A stretch of 64,000 nt of DNA, taken from NCBI RefSeq assembly GCF_009914755.1, contig NC_060929.1; one strand, given 5' to 3'. Below are positions 1-15,330 of this stretch, in pieces. The DNA is from the human T2T-CHM13v2.0 reference genome, Homo sapiens. Every line of letters begins with the position of its first letter. The stretch's first letter is position 1. The position numbers were made by a program, and so were the translations under genes. Below the pieces are notes generated by a model. That model was not told where the DNA came from. It did not search any database and worked only from the letters and a program-made list of their open reading frames with translations.

Positions 1-228
<228 letters not shown>

Positions 229-267
229 TTATGTCTCATTACAAACCACTGAAGTTAAAATGTGTGC

Positions 268-435
268 GGCCGGGTACGGTGGCTCACGCCTGTAATCCCA
301 GCACTTCGGGAGGCCGAGATAGGCAGATCACGAAGTCAGGAGATCGAGACCACCCTGGCTAACACAGTGAAACCCCATCTCTACTAAAAATACAAAAAAA
401 TTAGCCGGGCGTGGTGGCATGCGCCTGTAGTCCCA
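268..435 (+). mobile_element. Alu (AluY/Sc-like), 3'-truncated
   Basis: GGCCGGG start and left monomer; stops at gtagtccca with no poly(A). Confidence 0.9.
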
Positions 436-1481
436 TCTGCTGCATTATCATTTGAATGTGTTTTAAATTGAAACATATATATGGCAAACATAATCTGCAG
501 CTTTACTTAGCTTTTTAATGCAATCAAGTATGTGTAGACTGCAGCTCTGGCAAGCTTGGCATCATAGTCTTTTGCCTAGGCTCCAGCATATGTAAGTAAA
601 CTATACGTTAGGTTGAGTTGCATTTTATTTGATGAATTTATAAGTACATCCTAAGTTTCATGCCAAATATAACAAATCCTGAGCATGGCTTTTGTACTGT
701 CTTAGAGTGATTATTGTTTCTGTACTGCTCTTGCCAAATACTGTACTGGCTCAAGGATGGAGAACAGTGCTGCACTGTGAGGATGGAATTGTCCTGCAAT
801 CAGAGCCTACACATAGCTAACATTTTTCTCTTAGAGCACAGAGATATCTCCCTCATTTTCCCCTCCCTGCTTTCCCCTCCTTTACTCATCAACTCTGAAA
901 ACTTTCATTTTGTCTAACTTTTGGATCTAGAAGCTTTCTTTAGACTTGTACTTGTTAGAATTTAGAATACATCATCAAAAGGAAAGTGACACTGTTATGA
1001 GTTGAAACTATTTCATAAGGTTTTCTGGAAATCTTTATTCCAAATATAATGTCAACAGGGCACCCTGTGGTAGTGGCTTGGGGTGGGAGTTTTTAAACTC
1101 TCTCTGGATGATTTTGACCACTGAGAACCAGTAGATTGATTCTTTTGCCTGCTCCCATTTGCTTCTAGAAAACCTCAGCAGAACTACTATAAAGATAGAA
1201 TTGTATTGGTACTGATAAGGTACTGTGTTGTTCTTAATTAAATATCAGTAATTTTTAATGTATGCATAAAATACATTTTCCTTTTGCAAATAATATGAGA
1301 ATAATTCATCATCATATTGGTGGCTTCAGAACTGCCCTTTGAGAATCCTTACCTTATAGCATTCAGTAATCAAGATAAATTATAGCATTGTTGAAAATAC
1401 TTTTTAGTATTCAGCTTACATGCAGTCCACCCAGGTTATGAGTTGAGAGACCTTTTTTCTTTTCTCAACTTGCGCAGTTAA

Positions 1482-1859
<378 letters not shown>

Positions 1860-2049
1860 TGAACTCCAACATTTCTCTCTCATCACAGTCTCTTCTTCCT
1901 TACTAATCATTCCTTTTCTTTTGGTAGATCTATTTTGAACTTTATCTGGAGCCCTACAATTTTTCCTTACTTTGTCCTCTTAAATCCTAGAGTACCATAT
2001 TCTTTGCTGTTTTTACCTTTGGACAAGCTATAGCCCTCACCCTCTCTAT

Positions 2050-2150
2050 TTCAGACTTACTGTATCTGGGGGCCTGGGAATCAGGCATACATATTTTCTA
2101 AAAGCTTCACATGTTCTTTTGGTATATAACCAGGGTTGAAAACCACTAGA
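2050..2150. mobile_element. MER5-like hAT MITE fragment
   Basis: Ends ccagggttgaaaaccact, typical of a MER5 terminus. Confidence 0.5.
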
Positions 2151-2384
2151 ATAAGAATTAAACCCCTTGACACTCTTTTAAGAAAGACCTCTGCAGTCTG
2201 CCTCCTTTTAAACTTTGTCCTGTATTCTCATTCTATCTCCTTCACTGGCTAAACCAAATGACTTGTCTCCACACGTTATATGGTTTCTGCCTCTATTACA
2301 TGCTAGTCCTCCATCTGGAATAGCCCTTTTGTCCCTTTTCTCCCCACTGAGTTTTCTCATTTGCCATTTTAATTCCCATATATG

Positions 2385-2725
2385 CCGTGTCCCCCACATA
2401 GATGCAACCTCCCCCACTGTCCACATCCTGTACCACAGTGTTAAATTTGTTACAGCTGATGACCCTACATTGACACATCATCACTGACAATTGATAGTTT
2501 ATGTTAGGGTTCACTCTGGTATTGTACATTCTATGGGTCTTAATAAATGTATAACGATGTGTATCCAACATTGTAGTATCATACGTAAGAGTTTCACTGC
2601 CTTCAAAATCCTGTGCTCTGCCTAGTCATCCCTCCCTCCCCTGAGCCCCTGGTGTTTTTACTGTCTCCATCGTTTTGTCTTTTCTGGAATGTTATGCAGT
2701 AGGACTCATACACTGTGTAGCCTCA
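2385..2725 (-). mobile_element. L1MC-type 3' end fragment
   Basis: gttacagctgatgaccctacattgacacatc and ttagggttcactct motifs of L1MC 3' UTRs. Confidence 0.7.
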
Positions 2726-3174
2726 TATGATTTTTATTCAGAAAGTCAGCAGAGTGTGATGTTGCAGCTAATGTGTGTTGTCACTTGTCTGCTGGCTCAC
2801 CATGTTGGTGTGGGGAAGCAGCTGGAACTGCACCAACTCCACGTCCTGCCAGATCCTCTCTAGCTTCTCTTACTTTAGAGCCAGGCACATGCCTAGTTTA
2901 ATAATGAAGGCATTGGCTTCTCTTAGAAGATACCCCATCAGCAAAGTTGAAGACTTGGAAGTGATGAGAGGCTAAAGGGTGTTCCCATCTGTTCTTGTAG
3001 GTTCTACTCATTCTTGCAGTTTCACTTTGCCCTGTCCCTTGGGCCATATGACTTCAGGCTATAGCATCACCAGCACAAAAAGAAACAGCCTTCCATGGAC
3101 TAGACGTTTAACTGGTTCTCACAGTCATGGAAGATCAAATCCCTATAATAAGGCCAAATATATGATTGATACAA

Positions 3175-3330
3175 GCTCCCTAGTGCCTAACAGCATGTAT
3201 GATGTATATCAGGTGTTCAGCAAATGTTTGTTGAATGGATAAGTGACTGGATGGACCAATGAATGAATGAGAGACACAGTCCCTGCCCTCAAGGAGCTCC
3301 TAGACCAGTGTAGAGACAGAACTGAGATGT
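3175..3330. mobile_element. L2 fragments
   Basis: aaatgtttgttgaatg L2 terminus and gtccctgccctcaaggagct. Confidence 0.55.
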
Positions 3331-5894
3331 AGGGCTGACAACACAATTGTGTCATTTTGACATCTCTAGTGGAGCAGTCTGGAGAAGAGCTGGGCCTGCC
3401 CCTAGGCCTCCCAGTCACCAATGTCTTCCTGGTTTGAGTTTATGCTGGGTGAGGTGATGGGCACTTCATTAGACTGCCATGTTAGTTGGTGTCCCCAGGG
3501 GTCTGGGAGCACATAATTCAGTGTCCTAATGTCCAGCAGGTGACTGCAAGGGTTGCTTCTGAAAATGAGGTTCTAACTGTTGTGTGTCCAGGTGCTACAG
3601 CAAATATGAGGTCAACTCGTAGTCACATGTGTAGGTCTGCTTCTGGCGCCTGCTCCTGGGACCACATTGGATGTGGCTGTTGGCGATACTGTAATTGTAG
3701 CAGTCCCATTTAGGGAAGCACTGCCTAGCTCTCAGGAGGGAATAACAGCAGTCATGGGTGAGGCAACAACCAGTTGTTGGCATCCACCGGCTGCCTCTGG
3801 CCCACCAAACCACAGTGGCAGCCATAGATGAGGTACTTGTAATATTACTGGATATATTTTATCATACTGTTTGAGTGAATAAAAGCATAGGCTTGAATGC
3901 TATGTTAACCTGGTTAACATAGAGGTACTCATATTTGTTACTTTATTGCTTGCCATCTGATTATTTCTTTTTTCCTTCAAAAATTACTGAAATGATTTTG
4001 TTTTTTTCTTTATCCTTTGGCACAAGATGATCTTTACAAAGTTTGTAGATAGATAATAGGAAAAAGCCAGCTATATATTGAAAAGCAGTTTGAAAGATAG
4101 TGAATATAAATTATTGCTTCTCATTTTGCAATGAGAAGGCAATTTTACTATTAATTTTTATCCATGTGTCTGTCTTTTGGTTGTCACTGGTTTGTTGTCA
4201 CTTACGTGTTGGTTATCACATATCACATATATTTGCACCAAATTTGGTTATCATAAGGCCCAGTTTATAAAAATGTGTGCAAATCCTCACACTCCATTCT
4301 TTTAAGACTTAACAAAATTAACAATATTAAAAGCATTTCTCTGTTTACTCTTAGTTAAGTAATCAAATAATCAAGTGATAATAATCAAATGATCAAGTAA
4401 TCAAATAATCCTACCTGCTACCATTGCACAACTAAATATATAATGGCAATAGAACTAGCATCTTCAAAATGAATCTTTTTTTTTCTTCTGTATTCATTCC
4501 ACATACATTTTTTAATGCTTACCATGTGAAAACCATTGATCTTTATAATCAGTACTTCCTCTGAGAACCTATCTTCTAGGGTATTTTGATCAACAGTACA
4601 TACATAGTATTTTTAAAGTGTTAGATATCATTAACTTATTACCAGGCCAGTTTCTTAAAATGGAAAGATGTACTTGTTTTTATCTATGCTTTGCTCACAT
4701 TCTACCTGCTTCTCTAAGTTTGATTAACTGACTGTTGTACTGCTGTTGATACATCCTTATTTTCATTTCTAGATGATACACTGAAACATACAAAAAGCCA
4801 TTGTAGGACATATAACTTTACCTATAAATATTTCAAAATTGTAAACCAAACATAGCTTTCCTTATAAATGAGGCCCACAAGCTCAATGTTAAACTTATCT
4901 CAAGTATTAGAAATACACTGTGGTCATGGGTAATTCAGGTCCTAAAAAGTGCAGAGTTGAAAGTGACATTAAAACAATCCAAGAAGATAGGAAATAATGA
5001 ATTGAAATAATCCAACTGAGATGCAATAAAGATACAAATTGATAACCAGGCATCCTAAGGTAGCAGTTCTTCCTGTGATAGAGCTAAAATGTTAATCAAA
5101 AAATAGTTTCAGATTATAGAGGTTAAGATCCTTCACAGTAGGCTACATAATAGTAATCAAAGACACTGGAAAAGAAAATTCCCTTGAAAATGCCTTTGGA
5201 ACTAAATAAAGTGATGATAGTGATGGTTATTTTTTAGTTGAGATTTCAAATTAATTGCCTGCTGACGTCAGTATTGTTCTTGAGTATTGCATAGCAGACG
5301 GCCTCACTGTATCTCCCTTATTTACTTGAATTGTTACTAAAAACCTTAATTGTGATGAATTCAGTAACTTTGCCCCTGTTCACTTGGAAACGTTGGCAAC
5401 ATGGTATTGGCTCAAGGTAAATAAAATCTTCAGGTTTGTAAATGAAGAATGTGGTCTCATTTGGGAGAACTTTTTTAGTAACTTAGGTAACATGCCAGGG
5501 TACATTAGACTGCCTTCATGGCAGTTTTTCCTATTTCCTGTTTTTCTCTTCTGCTTCTTTTTCTCAATAAATTGTAGTACTTACTGTCTTTTAATATAAG
5601 GGACTTGTCTTTCAAGGGAAGAAAAATTAAGTAAACTTTTTGAAGAATTGTTCTGTATGTGGAAGTTGCCATTTTGAAGAAATTGATTTTTCATTATAAA
5701 AGTAACCTATACTAAAAACCACAAAATGAATGATATGTTGTGAAATAACATTCCCCTAGGTAACCTTTACTAACATTATGCGATAAGTCCTTCCAAATAT
5801 TTTATATACATACATAAAATATATGATCTATATGTATTTTAAATGTTAAAATTACGTTACATTCTGTTCTGGTGCTTGATTTTTCTTAAATGAA

Positions 5895-6525
5895 GAACTG
5901 CATAATTCAGTGAACCAGTATTTTCCAAACGATCTGTGAGTACATGTTAAAAAAATCATTCAAAGGTAAAGATTTATTCAGAGAGTAAGACAGGCCAACG
6001 GATTTTAATGTGACAGAGAATGGGGGTCTATTGATATGGTTTCAGAGTTCTTTTAAGAAACTACTATTTGTGAGTTTCAGTGTAGTTTCAAAGAAGAATA
6101 TCCAAAATGGTCAGCAAAGGCTGTTAAATACTACTCCATTTTCCAGCTGCATATCTGAGAAAGACTGGATTTTCTTTACTTTAACCAAAACACATAATGC
6201 AACAGATTGAATGCAGAAATAGATACGAGAATCCGGCTTTCATTTAAGCCACACATTAGATTTCCAAGTATGTAAAGCAGTGCCATTTTTCTCACTAAAG
6301 AGATATTTTTATTTTGAAAAATAGTTATTTATAAAAATTATATTAACATGTAATGGATTTATTGATATTTTAAAGTGAGTTGATAAGTATTTTTGAATTT
6401 TCTAATTTCTGATCCAGTAAATATTGGTAGATTTAACCCATATAAGCAAATACTTCTTGAGATCACCAATAACTTTTAAATGTAAAAATATTAAGGGCCT
6501 TGAGGCCAAAATGAGAAACTACTCT
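5895..6525 (+). mobile_element. Charlie1-family hAT DNA transposon, 3' part
   Basis: gtgaaccagtattttccaaa, aaagaagaatatcca and aacagattgaatgcagaa match the degraded C-terminal transposase region and 3' end. Confidence 0.7.
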
Positions 6526-6529
6526 TGAA

Positions 6530-6930
6530 AGACATTGAGATTGTTTCCATTTTTCAGTTATTATAAGCAGCGCTTCAGTAAACAACATCAAGTGCTGTCT
6601 TTATGTACTTCTAAAAGTTTGTAAGTCTGTAGGAAAAATTCTTAGAAGTAGATATGCTGGGCTGAAGGATATGTGTTTTTGAAATAGTGATAGATTATAC
6701 CAAATTGCCAATTTATGTGCTCAGGAGTGGTTCATGAGTCATCCTACAGTCTGATCAATGGGATAAGTAGAAAGCAGTGTTTTGTTGTTTAATGTACTTT
6801 TTCTTAATTATGAGTGAGACTAAGAATTTTTTAGATGTTTATAGCTCATTGATATTTTTTTGTTTGATGAATGGCTTGTTCATATTTCCCTCTCTCACAC
6901 ATTTTTTTACTGGACATTTTGTTTGATTAT
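6530..6930 (-). mobile_element. Old L1M fragment
   Basis: ttgtttccatttt...gctgggctgaaggatatgtg...ccaaattgcc pattern of L1ME/MD. Confidence 0.55.
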
Positions 6931-6949
6931 CTGATTTTAAATAAGAGTC

Positions 6950-7660
6950 CCATGGTAGATTTTATTTCCCAAGAATAGCCATAATAATATCTCCTATTCC
7001 ACATGCTCTTCTTTTTTTTTTTTTTTTTTTTTTTGAGGCAGAATCTTATTTTCTCACCCAGTTTGGAGTGCAGTAGTGTGATCTGGCTCACTGCAACCTC
7101 TATCTGATGGGCTCAAGCCATCCTCCCACCTCAGCCCTCCAAGTAGCAGGGACTACAGGTGCACACCACCACACCTGGCTAATTTTCATATTTTTTGTAG
7201 AGAAGAACTTTTGCCATGTTGCCCAGGCTCGTCTTGAACTCCCAAGCTCAGGCAATCGGCCCGCCTCAGCCTCCCAAAGTACTGGGATTACAGGTGTGAG
7301 CCACCACGCCTGGCACACATGCTCTTCTTAAAAATGTGATTTTGACATTCTTCCTTATTGGCAGGTTGGGTCTATATTCCTTCCCTTTGAAACTGGGCAA
7401 ATTTGCTGATAGTTTATGATTTCCCAAGTCTCGATTATAAGATAGAGCTTCCACCTGGTTCTCTAAGGACACTTGTACTTGGAAACCAGCCACCATACTA
7501 TAAGGAAGCCCATAAATCCATAAGAAGTAGGCCTCATTTTCCCCATCTGAGATCCCAGTTGACAGCCAGCATTAACTACTAAACTCATGAATCAGTGACC
7601 CTTAAGATGATTCCAGCCCCCGAAGGGCCTGAGTCACCCCAAGCCTTCAAGTCTTCCCTG
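6950..7660 (+). mobile_element. MLT1 (F/G/H-like) MaLR LTR, split by an Alu
   Basis: cccttgaa...ggaaaccagccaccat...gatgattccagcccc motifs. Confidence 0.6.
7012..7315 (-). mobile_element. AluJ
   Basis: Alu body; TSD cacatgctcttctt. Confidence 0.9.
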
Positions 7661-8077
7661 TGTATATCCTAGCCACTTTAATTAATTTTTGCATGAACCC
7701 TTGCAAGGTGAAATTACCTATGACAGACTTTAAAACAGCTGTGGTGCAGTTTTATCTTTATTTTCTTTTTCGCATGTGCATTGTGTGTGAACATCATATT
7801 AATCATCTGATTTTCTGGAGGTGTCTCCTTGGAATAAAGTACTTTAAAATAAAACACATAGAAAAGGAAAGCTTTTGGTATAGAAACTATTCAGATATTA
7901 TTTATGACTTTCTTTGAACTTAACAAGAGTTGATTTCATCCCCACAATTGTCTTACTGAGCTGCAAGAAACCTGATGAGTTTCTTAACCTTATTCAAAAT
8001 GGCTTTATGTCATTGTGTGAATTAAGTTGAGGTAACTTTTACATACAGACAAAGAGGAGGAAGGATCTTTGTTTAAT

Positions 8078-9043
8078 AGTGGTTCTCAACTGGGTACTAT
8101 TTTGCCCTGCTCCTCGCCCCTTCCCGCCAGCATTGTCATTACAGGACAGGGAAGTGCTGCTGGCAGTAATGGGTGGGAGCCAAGGCTGTTGCTAAGTTCT
8201 GCAGTACGTAGAACTGAAATGCTGAAGAGTTACCTGACCCGCCCCCCCTCACCCCGCAGGATATGCGACAGGGGTGTGACTCATCCACAAGTGCTCAAGC
8301 CCCTTATGGGAGGGTGAGCATGCAGACAGGTAGGTGCAGGAGCCAGGGCAAATACCCCTGGGCTCCAGCCCCATGACAACATCCAGAGGTGGTAGCCTGC
8401 AACTCCGAAAACCCAAGTGTGCGTGTGTGTGTGTGTGTTACAGTCCACTTTTAGCTTTGCTGTCTGCAGACAGCTTAAGCGTTAACCAGCTCAGTGCCCT
8501 CTTAGTACGCAGGTCCTTGTCTGGCATCCAGGAAGAATCAGGTCACACACAGACTTGAAGATGGTGAATGTGGGGGTTTTATTGACTGGTGGAGGTGGCT
8601 CTCAGTGAGCTGTATGGGGAGCTGGAAAGGGTATGGAGTGGGAAGATGATCTTTCCCTAGACTTTAGCCATCCAGTGGCCAATCTCCTTTCCTACCACCC
8701 CAGCCGAACTCCTATTGGCGTTCTGATGCTCCTCTTCTTCCTTCCCTGCTGTGCCATTCTGCTGTTCTGCTCTTCTTTTCTCCTTATGGAGCTGTGGATT
8801 GCGGTCTATATAGGTACAGGATAAGGGGGTGTGGTGGGCCGTATGGAAACTTTTGGGCATGAAAACAGGAGTGCCTGTTCCCATTTAGGGCCTCGAGTTT
8901 CCAGGCTTGAGGGTGAGGCCTTTGCCAGGGAACTGCCCTCTTCTACCCAGTATTTCCGTTTTCTGTCTGTGTCAGAACAACCCCCTCCAATAACAAAGAA
9001 TTATCTACCCAATGTTTGATAGTCCCAAGTTTGAGAAACCCTG
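8078..9043. mobile_element. MER20 hAT MITE interrupted by an LTR
   Basis: agtggttctcaac start and ttgagaaaccctg end on either side of the LTR. Confidence 0.7.
8215..8974 (-). mobile_element. ERV1 solo LTR, LTR1-like
   Basis: TG...CA termini with 4-bp TSD GAAC (8211-8214 and 8975-8978). Homologous in inverted orientation to 54412-55207. Confidence 0.8.
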
Positions 9044-9212
9044 AATTTAAGCCACCCATGTTTTGTTGGTTTAGTTTTGAGTTTAGATTTTGCAAGTATA
9101 ATTATCTTGTTTCACTGAGCAGTTGCAGGAGTATCATTCAAGAAGTATTTATTAGGTGCATACCATGTGCCAAAATAGTAGATGGCTTATAGAGGGCCTT
9201 GTATGCCATAAG

Positions 9213-9760
9213 TGTAGCAGACAGAATAATCCCTCTCATCCCCCAGGGATGTGCATGTCCTAATCCCTGGAACCTGTGAATGTGTTTCATGTATCAAAGA
9301 ACAAAATTTCAACAAAGTGAGTTTCAAAGATTTAATTAGCTTTTATTAGTGATTCATGAATCAGGCAGCATCCAATCTGCAAAATAGATGGGAGCTCTGA
9401 GGAGGTGGCAGAAGAGTTGGTTTTTATAAGGTAACTTGAACAGGAACAAGGAAACAGCATAGTACAAAAAGTGGATTGGTTAACATTTGTTTACTTTCCT
9501 TGGATGGGCTAAGGGAAAGGGTGCTTCCTTATCCTATCTCAGGTTTATTGGGCCCCTTTTGATTGGTTACTGTGAATCTCAATTTTAGAAAACTGGCCTG
9601 TTTTTAAATTTTGTTTGATTACATGGCATCTAGCACAAGTGACTGCAATCTGGTTATTTAACACATGACAAAATGGAATTTGCTGATCAAAGATAGGTAC
9701 ATTTGGATTATCTAGATAGGAACATTTGTCATGACAAGTCATTAAAAGTGGAAGATGGGG
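9213..9760 (+). mobile_element. MLT1D-like MaLR LTR fragment split by another LTR
   Basis: cagaataat...gtcctaatccctggaacctgtgaat, resuming after 9663. Confidence 0.6.
9290..9663 (-). mobile_element. ERV1-class solo LTR (MER31/MER67-like)
   Basis: TG...CA bounded block interrupting the MLT1; contains cttttattagtgattcatgaatc. Subfamily uncertain. Confidence 0.5.
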
Positions 9761-10164
9761 TGGAGGGGGAGGTGGGGGAGGAAGGGGGGTGGCAGTGGTG
9801 CAGAACAGAGAGGAGGAGGAGCCAGAACAGAAAACAAAGAGAACATATTTCTGTTACTGTGGCCCAAGGACAGCTAACTGGCTATGTGGACATATCTATC
9901 TAACGGCATTATTATTCACTGAGTGGAAGCAGTTAATCTGTAGGTAGCTAAATGTTGATGGGCAGGGTGGGCAGGAGGAGAAAGTTGAGATCCCGTAGTA
10001 GGAAAATGCCAGGAAGCTTTCTTAGATGTGGCTAAGCACAATCTCAAATCTTTTCTTGCCAAAAGTTTTCTACTCTTTCTGAAGATTCCTCAATAAATCA
10101 AAATATAATCAAATAACATTTAAAAATATATATACATCTGATCTGTGATAAAAACCAATGAGAT

Positions 10165-10513
<349 letters not shown>

Positions 10514-11699
10514 TTATTTAACAATTTTGCTCTGTCAGCAGATGGTCAAGATGGAAAATTTTTAGCCCCTTATTCATCTCCATCACATTTTGTCATTTCT
10601 ATAAATTATTGATACACCATTTGATGAAATCAAATTTTTGAAAGAGATTGAGGACACTGACTGACCCATTATTAAACTTTCTTGCCTTTAAAGGTTCTCA
10701 TTCAACATTTCCTCTTTATAGCACCTGCACTTTTCAGTCCTTCACCTGATACTTGACCTTGTTGAGCATTTTTATCAAGAGACTTGAGATTCTCATAAGA
10801 TTTGCTCAGTGATCTTGCTTCTTGGAACCACAAAGGCAATTAGAACAATAAGGAGATACAAGGGAGCAGCTGTGTCCTATAGATGTTCATACTTGTTCAG
10901 ATTTCTCAGTCCCTGTAATAAAAATGTAGACAGAAATAAATGATATTCAGAAAACTCGGCATATCCATGACATTTAGATTTCAAATAGAAATCTCATCTG
11001 ATTTTTCCTCACAGTTTATCTTCTTTCCATTCTCTGAATCACCTGGTGTCCACATATAATAGGAACAATGTATTAATTCACATGTTTGGTTTTATAGTAT
11101 ATTCTCTCCCATAGTGGACAAACAGGAATATTAATTATATTTCTGAGAGGGAAGTAATAGAATTAAAGGCAGTGCTGGATAGTGGCACTTTTAGATATCT
11201 AGCAGTCTGTTATTTTCTAATTTAGTAACATTAATGTGCCATAGCACACCCCTAAATATTCTATTACACTTTGTTATGTAGCCATTTTACTTTAATGACA
11301 ATAAGATGAATGGAAGGAAAACAATTCCCTATTATTTAATTTAGTTATATATTAAAGTTGATTTTTTTTTTAATGTAAAGAGTTCGCCCCATTGCTGGAA
11401 ACTGAATGGAGACAGTCCTAAATTGCACTGCCAAAACTGAGTTATAAGTAGAAATGCTTTTATAAAACATGTAAGAAATTATCTCAAAAAGCAACATAGT
11501 TTTATAGGATTCTAAAAATACATGTAAGATTATAACATTTTTATTGGTGCAAAATTTATCTTATTTTCCTACACATTTTCTTTTTGTGATAGTAAGTCTT
11601 CCCCACAGCCTTCTGTATAAACTGATGCTAAGGATAGCCTATGGTAGTCTTGTGAGCCTATGTTTAGTTGAGCTTAAGATGATCTAGTGGGTGTATAGT

Positions 11700-12460
11700 G
11701 ACAGATCTGAATAATATGATCAGGAAACTTAATATCTATATATAAAAATTCTACTCTATAAGTAGAATATGTAAGTGTTCATGAAACATTTACAAAAACT
11801 GAGCATATTCTAGGCTAACAAAGAAAATCCCTGGTTTCTTAGAACAGAAATAGTACAGGTTAAATTATCTGACCACATTAAAGTAAAACCAGGTATTACA
11901 CAAAGGTTGAGAGAAATATTGGTTTCATAAAGTTTTTTAAACAGTATTTTAAAGGGGAAGCTTGAAATTTTGAAGTAGATGACATACAACATTGAGATTG
12001 TTACACATAAAAACATGGGAGCAAAACTTAATTATTCCTAACCTTAAGTAATTTTATTATACAAGAATAAATGAAAATAAATGAACTCTACTTATGTCAA
12101 GATGTGAAAAAAAGGAAAAATACAGACATTAGAAAAAATCAGCCTTAGAAAAATAGAAGACATTAATAATTTTAAAAATTAGAAGACAGAAAAGTACTAA
12201 AATTGATGAATAAGTATTGTTTGCTTGTTCTTCTTCTTAAAAAACCCACAGAATAGATAAACCTGGCCAATTTAATCAAGGGGTGGAAGAATAAACATAA
12301 AATATTAGGGATAAGAAGGCATATAATATGGCTTCAGGTATTGTACATGCAAGTCTAGGCTAATCAATGGAAAAATCTTTTCAGGACAGTTTTCCCATAT
12401 TAATTTTACCAAAAAAAAATTAAAAATAAACTTAGGACCTGATAGAAATAGATTTATAAC
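11700..12460 (+). mobile_element. Old L1M ORF2 fragments
   Basis: A-rich degraded ORF2-like motifs (catgaaacatttacaaaaactgagcatattctagg, atctgaccaca, atagataaacctggccaa). Confidence 0.6.
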
Positions 12461-12466
12461 CACGGA

Positions 12467-12525
12467 ACAAAAAATTAGCCGGGCACAGTGGTGGGCGCCT
12501 GTAGTCCCACCTAGTCGGGAGGCTG
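12467..12525 (+). repeat. 59-bp copy of the middle of the AluY at 13409-13467
   Basis: 58/59 identical, sharing the non-consensus cccACCTAGTcggg variant. Confidence 0.9.
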
Positions 12526-12642
12526 TTTTAAATTGCCTCCTTCCCCCCAAAAGCCCCTCTCCTCAAATGTTTCTTGCTTGCTCATTGCAAGTGGTTTTAC
12601 CAGAATGTACTATCAGTCTTTTTTTTTATGTAGTTTAATTCA

Positions 12643-12953
<311 letters not shown>

Positions 12954-13284
12954 TTACTAATGACATTCTTTTAGCAATAGCTTGTCTTTCCACACTTCTT
13001 TCTTCTTTTGTTCCTCCATCCCTCCCTTCCTTTCTTCCTTTGTATCCTATTTTAAAGAATAGATCATTCTATGCTAGTTCAACTATTCTAGAACCTAGAA
13101 AAAAGAATAAAAAGAATAGATGGCTTTTTAAAATAAAAATAGATGCAAAAAATGTAAATTACTATCAGCAAATTTGATCTAACATTAAATTTAACATTTA
13201 TTCCTGGTAAAATTTCTTATTGAAATAGGAATAGAATATTATGTCTTTACCATGATAAAATATCTGTTTGAAACTGCACAAACA

Positions 13285-13582
13285 GGCCGGGCGTGGTGGC
13301 TCACGCTTGTAATCCCAGCACTTTGGGAGGCCGAGGCAGGCGGATCACGAGGTCAGGAGCTCAAGACCATCCTGGTTAACACGGTGAAACCCTATCTCTA
13401 CTAAAAATACAAAAAATTAGCCGGGCACGGTGGTGGGCGCCTGTAGTCCCACCTAGTCGGGAGGCTGAGGCAGGAGAATGGCGTGAACCCAGGAGGGTGG
13501 AGTTTGCAGTGAGCTGAGCCGAGATTGCGCCACTGCACTCCAGCCTGGGTGACAGGGCGAGACTCCACCTCAAAAAAAAAAA
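13285..13582 (+). mobile_element. AluY
   Basis: AluY diagnostics (gagaatggcgtgaaccc); TSD gaaactgcacaaaca. Confidence 0.92.
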
Positions 13583-13757
13583 GAAACTGCACAAACATAC
13601 CACTGGATAGTGAATATTCTAAATGCCAGAAAATTCTGTCTTCTGTAACAGACCTCTGGAATCTCAACTTAATGTAATAGTTTATTGCTCAGGAAAAACA
13701 CAAGAGAGGCAGGAGCAGGAGTGGGTCTTGAAATCCGCAGTCTTTAAGGGATGATCC

Positions 13758-14649
<892 letters not shown>

Positions 14650-14946
14650 ATCGAGACTTATTGAAATGCATGGCTTCAACACATGGCTCTGTCTAGCAGG
14701 AAAACTGTGAAAAAGAATGAGTACGAGTAGTTTAAGAGTTAGGTTGAATAATGGCACTTATCATTTCTGCTCACATTCCATTGGCTGGAAATGTGGTCTG
14801 TGTGGCCTAGGAAAAAGAGTAAAAGAGTTTGATGATGATGATACAATGGTCTGTTACGCAGAGTTTCTAGCCAATGCGATGAGAAGAGAGTCTATGTAAG
14901 TTTTAAGTATTGGCAAAGAAGAGACGAAATTCAGAAGTCATTGTAA

Positions 14947-15330
14947 TGATAATGTTGTAGTAAAAACCAGGTTCTTGTCACACGACCAGGAAGGATTAGG
15001 CTGGCAGACACTTTGAAGGGCGAGGGGGAACAGAATTATTGGGCAAAAATGGAAAAAAACTCAGCAAAGTGACAGGGGTACCTGTTAACAGGTCCCCATC
15101 TCGCAGATTGAATCTCAGGTTACCACACAGGAACAGGAGAGGCCAGGCTCCTCCCCCTGCAAATGGGGCATACATTTCCCAAGGCTCCACCCTGTCCTCC
15201 CACGGAGCAGGCGGGTTAGAGATTCTCCCAGACCTGCAGTCCGTTTTTCGGCCTTCAGGCTGTTTTAGGCTTGAAGGCTGGGTTTAAGGGGGAAGGGGAG
15301 TGGGGCCTTGGCTGCCTCCTGTCTCTGTCA
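14947..15330 (-). mobile_element. MER61-like ERV1 solo LTR
   Basis: TG...CA termini with TSD GTAA; reverse strand starts tgacagagacaggaggcag. Confidence 0.65.
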
